Origin: the human T2T-CHM13v2.0 reference genome, Homo sapiens
NCBI RefSeq assembly: GCF_009914755.1
Contig: NC_060934.1
Length of the DNA stretch: 64,000 bases
Strand: one strand, 5' to 3'
Positions within the stretch are counted from its first letter, which is position 1, and every line of letters starts with the position of its first letter. The notes beneath the pieces were generated by a model. The model was not told the origin of the DNA and searched no databases. It was given only the letters and a program-made list of their open reading frames with translations. The position numbers and the translations under genes were made by a program. Positions 57,446 through 64,000 of this stretch are shown piece after piece.

Positions 57446-57949
57446 ACTGTCAGAATGGGCAAGAAACACTGATTCCTCCCACCACCACCATGGCATCTTG
57501 GGGTGCCCTTCTCTCCTTTTGGCCATTGTGTGTGCATAATATTGATCAGTTTGATTGGTGGATGGAAACTGATTAACTTTATATTCTTGAATCATGTGTT
57601 TCCCTGAGGCCTGGAAATTATTCTGAGAAGCTCCCTGACCCCTATACACAAGCCCCCTTATAGCCTGTGTTCATTTTCCTCCCTGGCTCTGCAGGCCCAC
57701 CATCCCCATTCCTGGGCATTGTCACACTCTGACAGGCAGCTGGGCTAATGTCAGAAAATGGGACAGGTGGTATGGCATTCTGCAGAATTTGGGGGATGTG
57801 GTGTAGCTTTTTCCCTAGAAGAAGCCAGAGCTGGCCAGACTGACCAAATGTGTACCGCACCCCTAATGATGGTCCACCTTCCCAAAAGGAAAGCAAGTGA
57901 AGGATCATGCATTTAAATTACCTCTAGGCTTCATAAACAAAACCAAAAT

Positions 57950-58775
57950 CTTTTTTCTGGAAATAATTTTAGATTTACAAAAGAGTTATAAAGGTAGTAC
58001 AGAAAGGTTCTCATACCCTTCACCCAGCTTCCCCTAACGTTAACTACTTACATAACCATGATCCATTTGTCAAAATGAAGACATTATCATTGACACCCTG
58101 GTGTGGTGGTGCACGCATGCAGTCCCAGCTACTCGGGAGTCTGAGGTGGGAGGATCCTCTGAGCCTGGGAGGTGGAGATTGCAGTGAGCCACTGCACTCC
58201 AGCCTGGATGATAGAGTGAGACCCTGTCTCAAAAAAGCAAAACAACAACAACAAAAACATTCCCACAATACTATTAGCCAAACTACAGACTTATTTAGAT
58301 TTCCCCAGTTTTCCCACTACTGTCCTTCTTCCATTCCAAGAGCCCATCCCGAATTCCACATAGCATTTAGCCTTAGCCATCATGTCTCATTAGTCTCCTT
58401 CAGTCTATGACAGTTTCACAGTCGTTCCTTGTCTTTCATGACCTGGAGAGCTTTTGAAGAGTAGCACTCAGGTGTTTCGTAGAATGTTCCTCAATTTGGG
58501 GTTGACTCATGTTTTCTCATAACTCAACTGAGGTCATGAGGTTTGGGAAGAGGTGTCATGCCATTCACATTGTATCATGTCAGGGGCACATGCCATCAAC
58601 CTGCAATATTACTGGTGATGTTAACTTTTGACATTAAGCTTACCAAAGGTGGTATTTGTGAGATTTCTCCACTGAGAATTCACTGTATTTTCCTTTCCAT
58701 TCTCTATTCGTTAGAAGCAAGTCACAAAGTCCAACTCACACTCAAGGGGATGGGAATTGAACTTCTGGAGGGAGG
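57950..58775 (-). mobile_element. Old L1 (L1MB8/MC/MD-like) 3' region
   Basis: ttttagatttacaaaagagtt...ttcacccagcttcccctaacgttaac...gtagaatgttcctcaatttggg...gatttctccactg. Confidence 0.75.
58098..58258 (+). mobile_element. Alu right monomer (AluJ/FRAM)
   Basis: ggtgggaggatcctctgagcctgggagg...gagtgagaccctgtctcaaaaaa. Confidence 0.85.
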
Positions 58776-59084
58776 AACCTCTGGGCTTTTAAAAATACAC
58801 AGCACACTAGGCAGGGCTGCCAGGAGCAGGGAGGGTCCCAGGCCTGCCCACTGACTTGCTGTTGACCTTGGGTGAGTCACTGTGTTTCTCAGAGCTGGGA
58901 TTTCCCTCCCTCTTATGAAATCCATCATGGTTTCACGGCCCCACAGCTGTCTCTAGGAGCCTCAGAAGGATTTAGCCAGTAACACTTTGAGCTGCTGGAA
59001 TATGGATCTGATAGGGGACACAGGGTCCTTGTTAATGACACTGGGGTCCTGTTCCTGGTCTGTAAGCAGTTTCCAATCCTGATG

Positions 59085-59115
59085 CTCATCATCCCCATAA
59101 CAGGAGTGCCCCCTC
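59085..59115 (+). repeat. Short direct duplication C, copy 1 (31 bp)
   Basis: ctcatcatccccataacaggagtgcc[c]cctc, repeated at 60759-60789. Confidence 0.85.
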
Positions 59116-60181
59116 AAAGTGGTGGGGCCGTCACTATTTTTACAAAATGGTCTCATGTTATAAACATGCTAACGAGGATTTTGTGTAGCAGGAAATACCA
59201 CAGGGAAATATTTTTGTAAAGTGAAGCATTATTTTGCAAAGTGAATAATTCCCCTGAATTAGCCTTTTTGTCTAAAGTCAACTTTTCACTTATTGGATTT
59301 GCTTAAACTAAGGGGCTCTAGGAATTCCTTCCAAAGTACACACTGTCTTTGTGCAAATGCTTCTGAACGGACAGAATGTTTTCTATGTTGATGGTGATGA
59401 ATTACCTGAGAATCATAACTTATAGTAATTGTTTTACGGCCTTGTTGGTTGACTCTTTACTAGTGGAGAATCCTGGCCAGCCTGTATTCTGTCAATTGAC
59501 ACTAACAAGAACTAAACCCCAAAAAGATTGCCGTTTGGTGACTTTAGCAAAGACAATGAATGGTGAGCTATGTTTTTCTGGGAGTAGGTATATCTGCTGG
59601 GATTAGATGTTTTCTCTGTTTCTTCTGACATCACACCACTCTCCGTGGACCACCATGTCTGGGCACACAGGCTTTGCGTCCTACAAAACTCCAGGGTATC
59701 ACTCCCAGGGATTCTGATGTGGATGGTGCTCCCTGGAGTTCAGCAACATGGCAGCCCTGTCTCCCACCCTGTGGAGCCACTGCTGAACTCGTCCAGTTTC
59801 TCACCCCGCGTCAGGTCTCTGATAAACCTGGAGGAGGGCTGACATAGAGCAGAATGCCACTGTCCAAGACTTTGGTGTTCTCTCCAAATTCCTCTCCACA
59901 GACAGTCAACAAAGGCTTCTGACAAGGTGGAAGAAAATGTTCATTCTACCCTTTTCATTTGTGGCCATGACTGGACCACCCCACCTGGACAATATGTAAT
60001 AACGTCCTTCAGAGATCCTCTAATTGTCTGAGAATAGCACAATTACCTGGGTTGTGCTGGGGGAAGGGTGTTCGAGTGTTTCTTTGTTGAAGATAAAGAG
60101 TTAAAATAGACAAGAATTTTTAGTACTCTCTTGACATGTCTTCATTTTTCAACATAGAAAGAATCTCAAAAATGGAAGTGA

Positions 60182-60525
<344 letters not shown>

Positions 60526-60758
60526 TAGCTAACTCTGCTTTACTCTCTCCATTCCTAAGCACCTCCGATCCTTTGCCTGTATTGTGCCTCCTACCTAGAA
60601 GGTTCTCCCTCTTTCTTCCCTGATTATCCAAGTCTTCTATTTTTCAAGACTCAGTTCAGCCATGCAGTCTTTTAGAGGTCCTTTCTATAACTGCCTTAGC
60701 CCCCAAATGCCATCCTCATCTACTACTCCAGAACTGCCTCTTTGAAGAGGAGGACATA

Positions 60759-60789
60759 CTCATCATCCCCATAACAGGAGTGCCACCTC
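60759..60789 (+). repeat. Short direct duplication C, copy 2
   Basis: ctcatcatccccataacaggagtgcc[a]cctc. Confidence 0.85.
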
Positions 60790-61127
60790 TTTATCATGAT
60801 GCATTCCCTTACCATGCCCTTTCTTGTTAAATGAAGTGTAATGATAGGCACACATTATTTTTGCCAGACTAATATTCACTCCTCCTTCTGATAAAGGATC
60901 TGATTTTCCTTTAGGGCTCCACTGCTCCCTCATCCTCTCTCTCCTGCCTCCCAGCACCCTAGCTGGCTCAGAAGAGCATGTGTGCCTAATCAATGTGTGC
61001 ATTCAATCCCCTTGGTCTGATGTTTGGTACTGGATCTATCAGGGCCACTGTATGGAAATGACCCACCCAGAAGTGGAGCCACATCAGAGGAAAGAACAGA
61101 AATGGATGATGATGATGATGATGATGA

Positions 61128-61449
<322 letters not shown>

Positions 61450-61671
61450 TGATGATGTTTAAGCCCCTGGATTCAGCTGTACCTGAAGTTAGAATTCTGC
61501 CTTAGACTTTTCTGGTACCTAAGCCTATAAATTCCTCTTTTGCTCTAGCTAGTTTGGTTTCTGCCACTTGCAATACAAAGTTCTTTGTGGATAGGGATCA
61601 CGCCTGATTTACCTTGACATTCCCCTGTGGCAAGCACAGTGCTTGGCATATATATAGTAAGTGTTTCATAA

Positions 61672-62094
<423 letters not shown>

Positions 62095-62164
62095 TAGTGA
62101 GACAAAGTCCAGGTGGTAGCCTATGCTTGTCTTTATTCTCTACCCTCTCTCCTTCAATCTCTGA

Positions 62165-62493
<329 letters not shown>

Positions 62494-62509
62494 TGAGCTA
62501 TGGCTTCTT

Positions 62510-62685
62510 AAGACCATGAGCTTTAAGGTCAGGCTGCCTGGCTTCAAATCAATATTTTGCTGCTTATAAGCTCTGTGTCCTTAGACAAAGTATTTAGTCT
62601 TTCTAATCCTCAGTTTCTTCAAATGCAAAATGGGGAAAATAGTAATATCTATGGCTTGGGTTGCTATGAAGATTAAATGAGCTGT
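62510..62685 (+). mobile_element. MIR
   Basis: cctcagtttcttcaaatgcaaaatgggg...gttgctatgaagattaaatgag. Confidence 0.8.
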
Positions 62686-62692
62686 TATTATA

Positions 62693-62973
62693 ATTTTTTT
62701 CTTTTTCACTCTGTCACCGAGGCTGGAGTGCAGTGGTACAATTAGCTTCTACCTCCTGAGCTCAAGTGATCCTTCTATCTCAGCCTCCTGAGTAGCTGAG
62801 ACCACAAGTGTGTGCCACCATGGCCAGCTAATTTTTAGAAATTTTTTTGTAGAGATGAAGTCTCCATATGTTGCCCAGACTGGTCTCAAACTCCTGGACT
62901 CAAGTGATACTCCTGCCTCAGCCTCCCAAAGTGCTGAGATTACAGGTGTGAGCCACCACACCACCACACCCAG
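62693..62973 (-). mobile_element. AluJ
   Basis: gagctcaagtgatcct; ctcctggactcaagtgat. Confidence 0.9.
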
Positions 62974-62993
62974 CTTATGATAGCCTGTTATAA

Positions 62994-63320
62994 TTCTTTT
63001 TTTTCTTTTTTCTTTTTCTTTTTTTTTTTTTTTTGAGACAGGGTCTCACTCCATTGCGCAGGCTGGAGTGCAGTACACAGCTCACTGCAGTCTTGACGTC
63101 ATGGACTCAGGTGATCTTCCTATCCCAGCCTTCTGGGTAGCTGGGACTACAGGTGTGCACCATCATGCCCAGCTAATTTTTCATATTTTTTGTAGAGACA
63201 AGGTTTCACCATGTTGTTCAGGCTCATCTCAAACTCCGGGGCTCAAGTGATCCCCCTCCCTCTGCCTCCCAAAGTGCTGGGATTACAGTTATGCGGTTAT
63301 GAGCCACCATACCCAGCCCG
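62994..63320 (-). mobile_element. AluJ
   Basis: gacagggtctcact, ctcactgcagtcttgac, gggctcaagtgatcc. Confidence 0.9.
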
Positions 63321-63609
63321 CAATTCTTAAAATACCAACATTATCCTCCCTGAAGTCTGTACCATTTAGCTGTTTCCTATTGGATCCTAGGCAGGACTTT
63401 GGGACCAGGTCGTGCTGTGAGAAAAGGTGCAGGAACAGTGTCAGAGTTGGGATAGTGTCAGCCAGAGGAAAAGCAGGTGATCTCTCAAGTAATAGTTAAA
63501 GAAGACCTCAGATTCCTGTTAACTGCAGCCAACCTCTACCAAGAATAAGGGCATCACATCCTCAGACTTTACAGATCTAATTTTTCTCCTTCATGGATGG
63601 AGGAATAGC

Positions 63610-63745
63610 AGAAAGAACATGGGTTCTGGTATGAGACTGATGGTTCAAAGTCCAATTCTGATCCTTCATAACACTTTGACCTCTCAGAACCTTAGTTTCC
63701 TCATGTGTAAAATGGGGATGACATTACCAACTTCAGTAAGAAAAA
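63610..63745 (+). mobile_element. MIR
   Basis: gacctctcagaaccttagtttcctcatgtgtaaaatggggatg. Confidence 0.75.
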
Positions 63746-64000
63746 TCACTTAGAATAGTAACTACTCAGGTCATCATTCAACACAGATATTTTGAGCCTA
63801 GTCTGTTACAAGCCTTCTGACACGTGGCAGGGTGAACAGTATACTCATGCACTCTACCATCATGGACCTTAGACTAATGAGGAAGGGAGCTATCGCACAA
63901 CAGATTCTAGCAAAACATGGTGAGTAATTTGATAGGGGAAGTAAAAGGAACTCAGGATCTTATAAAGGGAGGTTTAAAACGTAAGTTAGGCATTTAGAAG

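Overview
Primate (very probably human) non-coding genomic DNA. I see no protein-coding exon I can support. Nearly all ORFs in the track are Alu-, L1-, LTR- or microsatellite-derived, or are chance ORFs. The window holds about 33 Alu copies or fragments, many MIR and L2 remnants, old L1M 3' fragments (46-59 kb), MaLR/ERVL solo LTRs (THE1, MLT1, MLT2) and hAT-type MITEs (MER45B-like, MER53 with a nested MER45A, MER3, MER58B). Between them lie repeat-free blocks rich in homeodomain motifs or retained CpGs that look like conserved developmental enhancers (about 1.4-2.1, 10.0, 14.4-15.1, 18.0-18.9, 42.2 kb). The first ~1.6 kb looks like the 3' end of a transcript (several poly(A) signals). A CCAAT-CCAAT-GC-box promoter-like element sits at ~28.1-28.2 kb. 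The most unusual items seen directly are: a TSD-flanked tailless retrocopy of the 5' half of tRNA-Ile(TAT) with a possible pre-tRNA leader; three short local direct duplications, one datable by nesting (after L2, before AluJ); an Alu pair sharing a triplicated TSD; a head-to-head Alu fusion at a microhomology; and perfect inverted repeats inside old elements. I found no evidence for a new multi-gene system. Repeat subfamily calls come from memory of consensus sequences and boundaries are approximate.
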